Positions 32,991 to 41,108 of a stretch of DNA of 64,000 bases are shown in pieces; position 1 is the first letter of the stretch; each line of letters begins with the position of its first letter. The notes under the pieces were generated by a model. That model made no database searches. It saw nothing but the letters and a program-made list of their open reading frames with translations, and was not told where the DNA came from. The position numbers and the translations under genes were made by a program. The stretch is from an uncultured Pseudomonadota bacterium (GTDB lineage: Bacteria > Pseudomonadota > Alphaproteobacteria > Acetobacterales > Acetobacteraceae): the NCBI GenBank assembly GCA_963829875.1, contig CAWHKR010000017.1, forward strand, positions 6,057 to 70,056, given 5' to 3'.

Positions 32991-34547
32991 TCACCGATTC
33001 GGCGCCTCGCCCCAGCGGAACGCGAACACAAGCCCGTCTCCGGCCAGGTAGATCCGCCCCGCGGCCACCATCGGCGTCACGAAATGCCGCAGCCCGGGCA
33101 GCGCCTGCGGGCTGGTGAAAATCTCCCGTCCGTCCGCGGCGCGGACCCCGTGCAGCCGGTTGTCCCCCTCGGCCCCGGCCGCCCAGACGATCGGGTCCGT
33201 CCCGCCGTCGGCGGTGGTGACGATCGGCGCGCCGCGTCCGTCCAGCGGCGCGCACCAGGCAGGGCGCAGCGCCGAGGCGGTCACCGCCAGCGCCACGAGC
33301 CCGGTCCGGCGGCGCCCGTTGGGGCAGGCCGCGCCCCATGCCGGAAACACCACCAGCGTGCGGCCTCCGGCGCGCACCACCGCCGGAGCGGTGATGATCG
33401 GCCCCCGCGCCACGGCGTGCACCGCCACTGCCCCGCCGATCCCGCCGAGGTTGGCGCGGTCCAGCAGATAGGCCTTGCCGTCCTTGCCCAGCGCCAGCAG
33501 CCGCTTCGTCCCGTCCGGGAGGTCGATCGGCAACGGCGCCACCCCGCCGAGATCGAGGTCCGCCGCGCTCAGCGCCGCATAATCGTGCGGGGCGAAGACG
33601 TCGCGCGGATCGGCGCGGTGCGGCAGGGACGCGGGCTCGCGGAACACGCCGTTGCCGTCGTCGAACGGCCAGGCCGGACGCCGCGGCGCGCAGACGCCGC
33701 CGCCGCGCACCGTATTGCCGGTGGCGAAATAGAGCCGGTGGTCCGCCACGCTGATCCCGCCGGGCGCCCAGATCCCGCCTTTGTTGCCCCGTGTCATCCA
33801 CACCGCCGTCAGGCGCGGCGGGGCGGTCGACAGACCCACCACGATCCCGCGATAGCGCCCGCAGTCGCCCCAGTGCCCGCCGAAGGCCACGAACACCCGT
33901 CCGTCCAGCAGCGCCAGCGCCGCACGCTGGTTCTGGTCGCGTGCGACGAACCGGACGCCGCGGGCCGTCAGCGCCGCGCCCACGTCGATCGGCCAGCCGG
34001 GCAGCACCGCACCGTCCGCGAGCCGCAGGCCGAACACCTCGTGCCGGGGCCCGTTGGGGCCGGCCACCATCGCGTCGAGGTAGAGCGCGCCGGCAGCGGG
34101 GTCGATCACCGGCGTGCCGGTGATGCCGAGCGGATCGATGTTGCCGCAGGGCAAGGCCGCGCCCGGCACCGGCGCGCCGAGCCGGCGGCGCCAGACCGGG
34201 CGTCCCGTCGCGGCGTCCAGCGCCGTCACGACATTGGTCTCGCTCGCGACGATCACCCGCGCGCGACCGCCGCCTGGCGGCTGCCAGAACAGCGGCTGGG
34301 CATAGACATGGCCGTCCACCTGTCCGTCGAAGCCCGGGTCGCGCCGCAGCCGCGCGGCGGCGGCAAACGTCAGGCCCGGCGCGACGTAATGGCCGCTGCG
34401 GGCCGGGTCGGCGTGGTAGTCGGCGACGGTGGCCGGCGGCGCCGCCGCGGCCGGGGCAGGGGGGACTGCCAACACCGCCAGGGTCACCACGACGGCGCGC
34501 CGCACCGCCGCGCCGGGCGAGACTTGCCGGCCCCGCCGTGCCACCAT
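32991..34547 (-). CDS. Secreted PQQ-like / BamB-like beta-propeller repeat protein
   Basis: It has repeated motifs of the type VVTALDAATGRPVWRR and GxxYxxD, consistent with a propeller fold. The start at M102 of the ORF gives a signal peptide MVARRGRQVSPGAAVRRAVVVTLAVLAVPPAPAAAA. Alternative ATGs are at 34556 and 34562. Confidence 0.7.
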   Translation of the reverse strand: MVARRGRQVSPGAAVRRAVVVTLAVLAVPPAPAAAAPPATVADYHADPARSGHYVAPGLTFAAAARLRRDPGFDGQVDGHVYAQPLFWQPPGGGRARVIVASETNVVTALDAATGRPVWRRRLGAPVPGAALPCGNIDPLGITGTPVIDPAAGALYLDAMVAGPNGPRHEVFGLRLADGAVLPGWPIDVGAALTARGVRFVARDQNQRAALALLDGRVFVAFGGHWGDCGRYRGIVVGLSTAPPRLTAVWMTRGNKGGIWAPGGISVADHRLYFATGNTVRGGGVCAPRRPAWPFDDGNGVFREPASLPHRADPRDVFAPHDYAALSAADLDLGGVAPLPIDLPDGTKRLLALGKDGKAYLLDRANLGGIGGAVAVHAVARGPIITAPAVVRAGGRTLVVFPAWGAACPNGRRRTGLVALAVTASALRPAWCAPLDGRGAPIVTTADGGTDPIVWAAGAEGDNRLHGVRAADGREIFTSPQALPGLRHFVTPMVAAGRIYLAGDGLVFAFRWGEAPNR

Positions 34548-34578
34548 CCGAACCATCCCCATGACGGCGGAGGCGGCC

Positions 34579-35400
34579 ATGCCGGCATTCATCTGCACCA
34601 CCTGCGGCACCCAGTACCCCGTCGCGGCCGAGCCCCCGGCCGGCTGCGCGATCTGCCAGGAGGAGCGGCAATACGTGAACCCGCTCGGCCAGGCCTGGAC
34701 CACCACGGCGGCGATGGCGCGCACCCATCGCAACGCCTTCGCCGAGGTCGAGCCCGGTCTGCTTGGCATCGGTACCACGCCCTCCTTCGCGATCGGCCAG
34801 CGCGCGCTGCTGGTGATGACGCCCGCGGGCAATGTGCTGTGGGACTGCATCAGCTACCTCGATCCCGCCACGGTGCGGATCATAGCCGCGCTGGGCGGCA
34901 TCTCGGCGATCGCGATCTCCCACCCACACTACTACGCGTCGATGGTCGCCTGGAGTCGGGCGTTCGGCGATCCGCCGATCCTGTTGCACGCGGCCGACCG
35001 GCGCTGGGTGATGCATCCCGATCCGGCGATCGACTTCTGGGAGGGAGAGACACGGCAGGTGCTGCCGGGGGTGAGCCTGCTCCGCCTCGGCGGGCATTTC
35101 GCCGGCGGCACGGTGCTGCACTGGGCGGCCGGGGCCGGCGGGGCGGGGGCGCTGCTCTCGGGCGACATCGTCCAGGTCGGGCCCGACAAACGGGTGAGTT
35201 TCATGCGCAGCTACCCGGACCTGATCCCGCTGGATGCCGGGACGGTGCGGGCGATCGCGGCGAAGCTGGAGCCGTGGGCGTTCGAGCCGATCTACGGGGC
35301 GTGGTGGGAGCGGGTGATCCCGGCGCGCGGCAAGGCGGCGCTGGCCTATTCGGTGCGGCGGTATATCGATGCGGTGAGCGGGCCGCCGCGGGAGGCGTAG
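34579..35400 (+). CDS. MBL-fold metallo-hydrolase
   Basis: N-terminal Cys cluster FICTTCGTQYP...CAICQEE, a metal-binding-like motif ISHPHYY, and GGHFAGG. Start is ATG 34579 or 34561. Confidence 0.75.
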   Translation: MPAFICTTCGTQYPVAAEPPAGCAICQEERQYVNPLGQAWTTTAAMARTHRNAFAEVEPGLLGIGTTPSFAIGQRALLVMTPAGNVLWDCISYLDPATVRIIAALGGISAIAISHPHYYASMVAWSRAFGDPPILLHAADRRWVMHPDPAIDFWEGETRQVLPGVSLLRLGGHFAGGTVLHWAAGAGGAGALLSGDIVQVGPDKRVSFMRSYPDLIPLDAGTVRAIAAKLEPWAFEPIYGAWWERVIPARGKAALAYSVRRYIDAVSGPPREA

Positions 35401-35416
35401 GGCCGCCCGCCGCCGC

Positions 35417-35734
35417 TCAGGGGGCCGCCGTCACCCGCAATGTCACGCCGGCGTGGCGTTGCAGGCAGAGGATCACGCCGAACAAATTGCGCGCCTGCGG
35501 GTTGCCGCGCGGGCCGAACATGCGGATCAGGCTTTTCGGCGGCGTGCCGGTTTCCGCGGCCAGTTGCGCGAAGCCGAGCGTCGCCTTGATGTAGTCACGC
35601 AGGACCGTCTTGCCGGTCTCGACATCGCCGGCCAGCAGGGTGTCGATCGCCTCGCGCAACAGCGCCGCCCCGAACGCGGGGTCGGCGGCGACGCGGCGTT
35701 GCACCAGGTCCTTGAAGCTGCGGGTCAGTACCAT
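35417..35734 (-). CDS. HTH antitoxin (COG3636 'addiction module antidote', HigA-like), copy 1; orphan next to a decayed toxin
   Basis: 105 aa with ...GTPPKSLIRMFGPRGNPQARNLFGVILCL.... The protein is identical to copy 2, with 2 synonymous nt differences (35429, 35597). GGAGG lies upstream. Confidence 0.8.
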   Translation of the reverse strand: MVLTRSFKDLVQRRVAADPAFGAALLREAIDTLLAGDVETGKTVLRDYIKATLGFAQLAAETGTPPKSLIRMFGPRGNPQARNLFGVILCLQRHAGVTLRVTAAP

Positions 35735-35747
35735 CGGTCGCCTCCGT

Positions 35748-35816
35748 TCATGCCGCGCCGCGCGCCCAAAAATACACCCGGCGGCCTTGCCTCCGGTCGA
35801 TCCGATACGCTGTCAT
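35748..35816 (-). pseudogene. Remnant of a COG3657 (RelE/HigB-like) toxin gene
   Basis: MTAYRIDRRQGRRVYFWARGAA* aligns with YRIDWGPGYRVYFGRDGA...RGAA* of the intact toxin at 36423-36749. There is an internal deletion of about 107 bp, and everything N-terminal is lost. Confidence 0.55.
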
Positions 35817-35857
35817 CGCGAACCTTGTTGATGAGCGGCGGGCAGCGGAGGGATTCA

Positions 35858-36040
35858 ACGCAGATGCACGCAGATGCACGCAGATGTCCGCAGATATGCG
35901 CAAATGGACCGGGCGGAACGGCCGGTCGGCGGCACCGACCCGAGGCGGCAGCCTGCGCTGCCGCGCGGGCTCGGGTCGAAGCGGCATGCGGCATCTGCGT
36001 CTATCTGCGTTCATCTGCGTTCATCTGCGTTCATTTGCGT
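35858..36040. repeat. 183-bp palindromic element: two inverted arms of five tandem decamers (ACGCAGATGC-like) around a nested GC hairpin
   Basis: Left arm 35858-35907: ACGCAGATGC ACGCAGATGC ACGCAGATGT CCGCAGATAT GCGCAAATGG. Right arm 35991-36040: GCATCTGCGT CTATCTGCGT TCATCTGCGT TCATCTGCGT TCATTTGCGT, which is the reverse complement. The centre holds CGACCCGAG/CTCGGGTCG and GCGGCAGC/GCTGCCGC stems. Confidence 0.75.
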
Positions 36041-36091
36041 TTTGACCTTCCCGACTCCCAGCCGGGGCTGCGGGGCGCCTGCCGCCGCCGC

Positions 36092-36409
36092 TCAGGGGGC
36101 CGCTGTCACCCGCAATGTCACGCCGGCGTGGCGTTGCAGGCAGAGGATCACGCCGAACAAATTGCGCGCCTGCGGGTTGCCGCGCGGGCCGAACATGCGG
36201 ATCAGGCTTTTCGGCGGCGTGCCGGTTTCCGCGGCCAGTTGCGCGAAGCCGAGCGTCGCCTTGATGTAGTCCCGCAGGACCGTCTTGCCGGTCTCGACAT
36301 CGCCGGCCAGCAGGGTGTCGATCGCCTCGCGCAACAGCGCCGCCCCGAACGCGGGGTCGGCGGCGACGCGGCGTTGCACCAGGTCCTTGAAGCTGCGGGT
36401 CAGTACCAT
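36092..36409 (-). CDS. HTH antitoxin (COG3636, HigA-like), copy 2; paired with the intact toxin
   Basis: The 105-aa protein is identical to copy 1. It starts 13 nt after the toxin stop, with GGAGG in the spacer. Confidence 0.8.
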   Translation of the reverse strand: MVLTRSFKDLVQRRVAADPAFGAALLREAIDTLLAGDVETGKTVLRDYIKATLGFAQLAAETGTPPKSLIRMFGPRGNPQARNLFGVILCLQRHAGVTLRVTAAP

Positions 36410-36422
36410 CGGTCGCCTCCGT

Positions 36423-36749
36423 TCATGCCGCGCCGCGCGCCGCGCGCCGGTAGTCTGCCCACAGCCTCCGCGCCCGCTCGATATCCCGCTGCTGGCGCTG
36501 CTTCGTGCCGCCGGTCAGCAGGATGACGAGGGTTGCGCCGTCCCGCCCGAAATAGACCCGGTAGCCCGGCCCCCAGTCGATCCGATATTCCAGCACACCC
36601 TCTCCGACCGCTTGCGCGCGCGACAGGTTGCCCTGGCCGAGCCGCACCAGCGCCATCGTGACCTTCGTCGCCGCCATGGCGTCGAGCCGGCCGAACCACG
36701 TCGCGAACGGCTCGCTGCCGTCGTCGGTGACGAGGAAGCGCAGCTCCAA
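36423..36749 (-). CDS. Type II toxin (COG3657 'addiction module killer', RelE/HigB superfamily)
   Basis: ...FATWFGRLDAMAATKVTMALVRLGQGNLSRAQAVGEGVLEYRIDWGPGYRVYFGRDGATLVILLTGGTKQRQQRDIERA matches the family pattern. No ATG is available, so I infer a TTG start at 36749 (108 aa), which is uncertain. Confidence 0.7.
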   Translation of the reverse strand: MELRFLVTDDGSEPFATWFGRLDAMAATKVTMALVRLGQGNLSRAQAVGEGVLEYRIDWGPGYRVYFGRDGATLVILLTGGTKQRQQRDIERARRLWADYRRAARGAA

Positions 36750-36944
36750 TCGATTGGGAAGGTAACACTTAGGGCACCTTTGTGCAAGAGCTCCCGTTCG
36801 CCGCCTTGCCCGACCGCTCACGACCGCGCCGCGACCACGGGTCGATGGTTCTGAGGCCGGTCTCTCTCTTTTTGGTTGACGGGCGCGCCCGCCAGATCCG
36901 TCCCGCCCGCTTCCCCTTCCGCCCCACTCCGCTATCTTCCCCCC

Positions 36945-37760
36945 ATGCGCATCCTGTTCCTCGGCGACGTCGTCGGCCGCTCCGGCCGCGACACGGTCGC
37001 CGCCGCCCTTCCCGGCCTGCGGGCCACCCTCCGCCTCGATCTCGTGGTGGTGAACGCCGAGAACGCCTCGCACGGCTTCGGTCTCGCCCCCGACATGGCC
37101 GAAACCCTGTTCGCCGCCGGCGCCGACGTGCTGACCCTTGGCAACCACGCCTGGGACCGCAAGGAGATCATCCCCTACCTGGCCGGTCATCCGCGCCTGC
37201 TGCGCCCGCTGAACTTCCCCCCCGGCACGCCGGGCGCCGGAGCGGTGCTGGTCGAGCTGGCGGACGGGCGCCGCGCGCTCGTGCTGCAGGCGATGGGGCG
37301 GCTGTTCATGGACCCGCTCGACTGCCCGTTCCGCGCCACGGCGGAAGCGCTGAGCAACTACCGGCTGGGCGGGACCGTCGCCGCGATCGTCGCCGATATC
37401 CATGCCGAGGCGACCAGCGAGAAGATGGCCTTTGCCCATTCCTTCGACGGCCAGGTCTCGCTCGTGGTCGGCACCCACACCCATTGCCCCTCGGCCGATC
37501 ACCAGATCCTGCCGGGCGGCACCGCGTTCCAGTCGGACGCCGGGATGTCGGGCGACTACGACAGCGTGATCGGCATGCAGAAGGAGGGGGCGGCGATCCG
37601 CTTCTGGCGCAAGATGCCGGGCGAGCGGCTGGCCCCGGCGGAAGGCCCGGCGACGGTGTGCGGGGTGTTCGTGGAGACCGACGACGCCACCGGCCTCGCG
37701 CGGCGGATCGCACCGCTGCGCCAGGGCGGGCGGCTGGCGCAGGCGATGCCGGAGGTGTGA
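36945..37760 (+). CDS. YmdB-like metallophosphoesterase (TIGR00282 family)
   Basis: MRILFLGDVVGRSGR, VVVNAENASHGFG, TLGNHAWD, GTHTHCPSAD. The ATG at 36945 is preferred over the ORF-track start. Confidence 0.8.
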   Translation: MRILFLGDVVGRSGRDTVAAALPGLRATLRLDLVVVNAENASHGFGLAPDMAETLFAAGADVLTLGNHAWDRKEIIPYLAGHPRLLRPLNFPPGTPGAGAVLVELADGRRALVLQAMGRLFMDPLDCPFRATAEALSNYRLGGTVAAIVADIHAEATSEKMAFAHSFDGQVSLVVGTHTHCPSADHQILPGGTAFQSDAGMSGDYDSVIGMQKEGAAIRFWRKMPGERLAPAEGPATVCGVFVETDDATGLARRIAPLRQGGRLAQAMPEV

Positions 37761-37767
37761 GGCCCCG

Positions 37768-38880
37768 ATGACCGACCGCCTCCGCGCCACCTACCGCCTG
37801 CGCGCCGACCCCGCCGCGATCGACGCCCGCGCCCGGGCGATCGCGGTGGAGCAGAGCGTGGAGATGCCGCTCGACGCGATCGACGCCCCGCGCATCCTGG
37901 CCGAGGTGGTGGGCGAGGTGGCGCAGATCACCGATCGCGGCGGCGGCGTGTTCGACGTGCGGATCGGTCTCGCTGCGGAAACCGTGGGGCAGGACGCCGG
38001 GCAGTTGCTGAACATGCTGTTCGGCAACACCTCGCTGCACCCGGACGTGACCCTGGTGGGGATCGACCTGCCCGCGGCGATGGCGGCCGGCTTCGGCGGC
38101 CCGCGGCTCGGCCTCGCCGGGTTGCGCGCGCGGCTCGGGGTCGCCGGCCGGGCGCTGACCGGCTCGGCGCTGAAACCCCAGGGCCTGCCGCCCGCGGCGC
38201 TGGCCGCGCTGGCCGGCCGCTTCGCCCGCGGCGGGATCGATCTCGTGAAGGACGACCACGGCCTGGCCGATCAACCCACCGCGCCCTTCGCCGCCCGGGT
38301 GCCCGCCTGCGCCGAGGCGGTGCGCCGCGCCGCCGCCGCGACCGGCCATCCCACGCGCTACGCCCCCAGCCTGTCCGGCCATCATGGCCAGATGCGCGCG
38401 CAGCTGCTGCTTGCGCGCGAGGCCGGGGTGGATACCGTGCTGATCGCGCCGATGATCGCCGGCTTCGCCACGGTCCGGGCGCTGGCCGACGCGTTTCCCG
38501 ACATCGCCTTCCTCGCCCACCCCAGCCTGGGCGGCGCGGCGCGCATCGCGCCGGAGGTGCTGATCGGCACCCTGTTCCCGCTGATCGGCGCCGATGCGGT
38601 GATCTTCCCCACCCATGGCGGCCGCTTCGGCTACACGGAGACCACGTGCGGCGCGATCGCCGCCGCCGCCCGCCGCCCGGCGCACGGGCAGCGCCCGGCG
38701 CTGCCGGTGCCCGCCGGCGGGATGACCCTGGCCCGCATTCCCGAACTGCTTGATTTCTACGGCCCGGAGACGATGTTGCTGATCGGCGGCAGCCTGCTCG
38801 CCGCCGGTGCCGGCCTGACCGAGGCCACCGCAGACTTCGTCCGCGCCGTCGCGGACCATTCTTTCCGCAGGAACGCATGA
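37768..38880 (+). CDS. RuBisCO large-subunit-like protein (form IV RLP), short 370-aa type
   Basis: Counterparts of RuBisCO active-site segments are present: LKPQGL (KPKLG region), IDLVKDDHGL (KDDE region), AHPSLGG, PAGGM and GGSLL. There is no small-subunit or cbb gene nearby. Confidence 0.85.
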   Translation: MTDRLRATYRLRADPAAIDARARAIAVEQSVEMPLDAIDAPRILAEVVGEVAQITDRGGGVFDVRIGLAAETVGQDAGQLLNMLFGNTSLHPDVTLVGIDLPAAMAAGFGGPRLGLAGLRARLGVAGRALTGSALKPQGLPPAALAALAGRFARGGIDLVKDDHGLADQPTAPFAARVPACAEAVRRAAAATGHPTRYAPSLSGHHGQMRAQLLLAREAGVDTVLIAPMIAGFATVRALADAFPDIAFLAHPSLGGAARIAPEVLIGTLFPLIGADAVIFPTHGGRFGYTETTCGAIAAAARRPAHGQRPALPVPAGGMTLARIPELLDFYGPETMLLIGGSLLAAGAGLTEATADFVRAVADHSFRRNA

Positions 38881-39329
38881 CCGACACAACAGACCTGCTG
38901 CGCCCGTTCCACGACGACTTCCGCTGGGACGCGGTGCCCCGCCTGCCGTACAAGGACGACGCCAGCGCGCCGTTCAAGGCGATCGCCCGCCAGGTGCTGT
39001 TCGCCGAACCCGAGCTCGGCTGCGAGCTGCGCTATTTCGAGATGGACCCGGGCGGGCATTCCACCCTGGAACGCCACGAGCACGTGCACGCGGTGATGAT
39101 CCTGCGCGGCGAAGGGCAGTGCCTGCTGGGCGAGACGGTCCGCGCGGTGAAGCCGTTCGACCTGATCTCCATCCCGTCCTGGACCTGGCACCAGTTTCGC
39201 GCCACCGCGGGCACCCCGTTGGGCTTCCTCTGCATGGTCAATGCCGCGCGCGACCGGCCGCAGCTGCCGGACGCGGCGGCGCTGGCGGCGTTGCGCGCGA
39301 TCCCCGAGGTGGCGGCGTTCCTCGGCTGA
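38877..39329 (+). CDS. Cupin-domain protein
   Basis: 150 aa with cupin motifs GGHSTLERHEHVHAVMILRGEG and SIPSWTWHQF. The start overlaps the RLP stop (ATGA). Confidence 0.75.
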   Translation: MTDTTDLLRPFHDDFRWDAVPRLPYKDDASAPFKAIARQVLFAEPELGCELRYFEMDPGGHSTLERHEHVHAVMILRGEGQCLLGETVRAVKPFDLISIPSWTWHQFRATAGTPLGFLCMVNAARDRPQLPDAAALAALRAIPEVAAFLG

Positions 39330-39365
39330 TCCCCAGGCCCGCCCGCCGGACCGCGGGCGCGCCGC

Positions 39366-40787
39366 TCAGGGCAGCACCTTGCCGGGGTTCAGGATCCCCT
39401 GGGGATCGAGCGCCGCCTTGATCCGGCGCATCGCGTCCAGCTCCGCCCCGCCGCGCCACTCGGGCATCATGTAGGGCTTGAGCCGGCCCACCCCGTGCTC
39501 GGCCGAGAAACTGCCGTCGAAGCGGCGCACCACCGCGTTCACCGTATCCATGATCGCGTGGTCCTGGGCGAGGAACCAGGCCGGGTCGGCGCCCTCGGGC
39601 TGTTCCAGGTTGAAGTGGATGTTGCCGTCGCCGAGGTGGCCGAACGGCACCGCGCGGATCCCCGGCATCAGCGCGGCGCAGGCTTCGGTGGCGGCGGCGA
39701 TGAACTCGGGCACCGCGGAGACCGGCACCGAGACGTCGTTCTTCACCGAGGCGCCTTCGCGCTTCTGCGCTTCCGAGTGTTCCTCCCGCAGCCGCCACAG
39801 CGCGGCGCGCTGCGCCTCGGACTCCGCGATCGCCGCGTCGGTCACCAGCCCGTCCTCCAGCGCCGCTTCCAGCACCGTCTCCAGCCCCGCGCGCAGGCCG
39901 GCGTCGCGGCGCGGGGTGGCGAGGTCCACCAGCACGTAGTGGGCGGCCGGCCGCGCGAGCGGCAGGCTGGCGCCGGGAATATGCTGAAGCACGAACCCCA
40001 TGCCGGTGCCGGACATGTATTCGAACGCCTGCACCGCGCCGGGATCATGCGCCTGGAAGCGGCCGAACAGGTCGAGCGCGGCTTCGGGCGAGGCGACCGC
40101 GCACAGCGCCACCGCTGTCTCCCGCGGCGCCGGGGCGAGCTTCAGCACCGCGGCGGTGATCACGCCCAGGGTGCCCTCGGAGCCGACGAACAACTGGCGC
40201 AGCGCGTAGCCGGTGTTGTCCTTGCGCAGCCGGCGCAACCCGTTCCACACCTGCCCGTCGGCCAGCACCACTTCGAGCCCCAGCACGAGGTCGCGGGCGT
40301 TGCCGTAGCGCACCGTGTTGTTGCCCCCGGCGTTGGTCGCCAGCACGCCGCCGATCTGCGCCGAGCCTTCCGAGGAGATCGACAGCCCGAGCAGGCAGCC
40401 GGCTTCGGCCGCCGCCTCCTGCGCCGCTTTCAGGGTGAGCCCGGCGTCCACTGTCATCGTCAGGTCGCGCGGATCGACGGCGCGCACCCGGTTGAGCCGG
40501 GCGAGGCTGAGCACGATCTGCCCGCCGTCCGCATCCGGCGTGGCGCCGCCGACCATGGACGTGTTGCCGCCTTGCGGGACGATCGGCACGCCGGCCGCGG
40601 CGCAGAGCCGGACCACGGCGGCGACCTGCGCGGTATCGGCCGGGCGCACCACCGCCGGGGTGCGGCCGCGATAGAGCCGGCGCCAGTCTTCCACATAGGC
40701 CGCGGTGTCGGCGGGGTCGGTGAGCAGGCCGGCGGGGCCGAGGGTGGCGCGAAGCTGATCGAGCAGCGCGGGAATCGGGTCTTGCAT
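39366..40787 (-). CDS. FAD-linked oxidase (GlcD / D-2-hydroxyacid dehydrogenase family)
   Basis: 473 aa with VVRPADTAQVAAVVRLCAAAGVPIVPQGGNTSMVGG, VGSEGTLGVIT, SAEHGVGRLK and LDPQGILNPGKV. The start MQDPIPALL is at 40787. The upstream 318 aa of the ORF are Arg/Pro-rich and not credible. Confidence 0.85.
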   Translation of the reverse strand: MQDPIPALLDQLRATLGPAGLLTDPADTAAYVEDWRRLYRGRTPAVVRPADTAQVAAVVRLCAAAGVPIVPQGGNTSMVGGATPDADGGQIVLSLARLNRVRAVDPRDLTMTVDAGLTLKAAQEAAAEAGCLLGLSISSEGSAQIGGVLATNAGGNNTVRYGNARDLVLGLEVVLADGQVWNGLRRLRKDNTGYALRQLFVGSEGTLGVITAAVLKLAPAPRETAVALCAVASPEAALDLFGRFQAHDPGAVQAFEYMSGTGMGFVLQHIPGASLPLARPAAHYVLVDLATPRRDAGLRAGLETVLEAALEDGLVTDAAIAESEAQRAALWRLREEHSEAQKREGASVKNDVSVPVSAVPEFIAAATEACAALMPGIRAVPFGHLGDGNIHFNLEQPEGADPAWFLAQDHAIMDTVNAVVRRFDGSFSAEHGVGRLKPYMMPEWRGGAELDAMRRIKAALDPQGILNPGKVLP

Positions 40788-41108
40788 CGCGGCGTGTCCT
40801 TGGGCGGCGGCAGGTACGGCCGGGGTATAGCAGAGGCGGCGGAGGTCGGCTTCCCGTGCCCCCGCTGCCGTTCCGCCGCGTGCGCGGGCCGGGAGCGGCG
40901 GACCCAGGGGCGGCGGACCCAGGGGCGGTCGGTGGTAACCGTTTCTCAATCCGGTCCGCCGATGCTGCGGCGGTGCGCGTGGTGTTGGTTCTGCTGCTCG
41001 GGGCGTGCGTGCTGACCGGCGCGGCGGTGCTGCGCGGGGCCGAGTACCGATGAAGCGTACAGCCTGTTCGTCGTTGCCGGCACGCCGCGTCCCGATTGGC
41101 CGACGCGG

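Noticed and set aside
35858-36040. The decamer arrays as a CRISPR array or as replication iterons.
   Set aside because: The repeats are contiguous 10-mers without spacers, are arranged as an inverted pair, and have no cas or rep gene nearby. They are reported as a palindromic repeat element instead.
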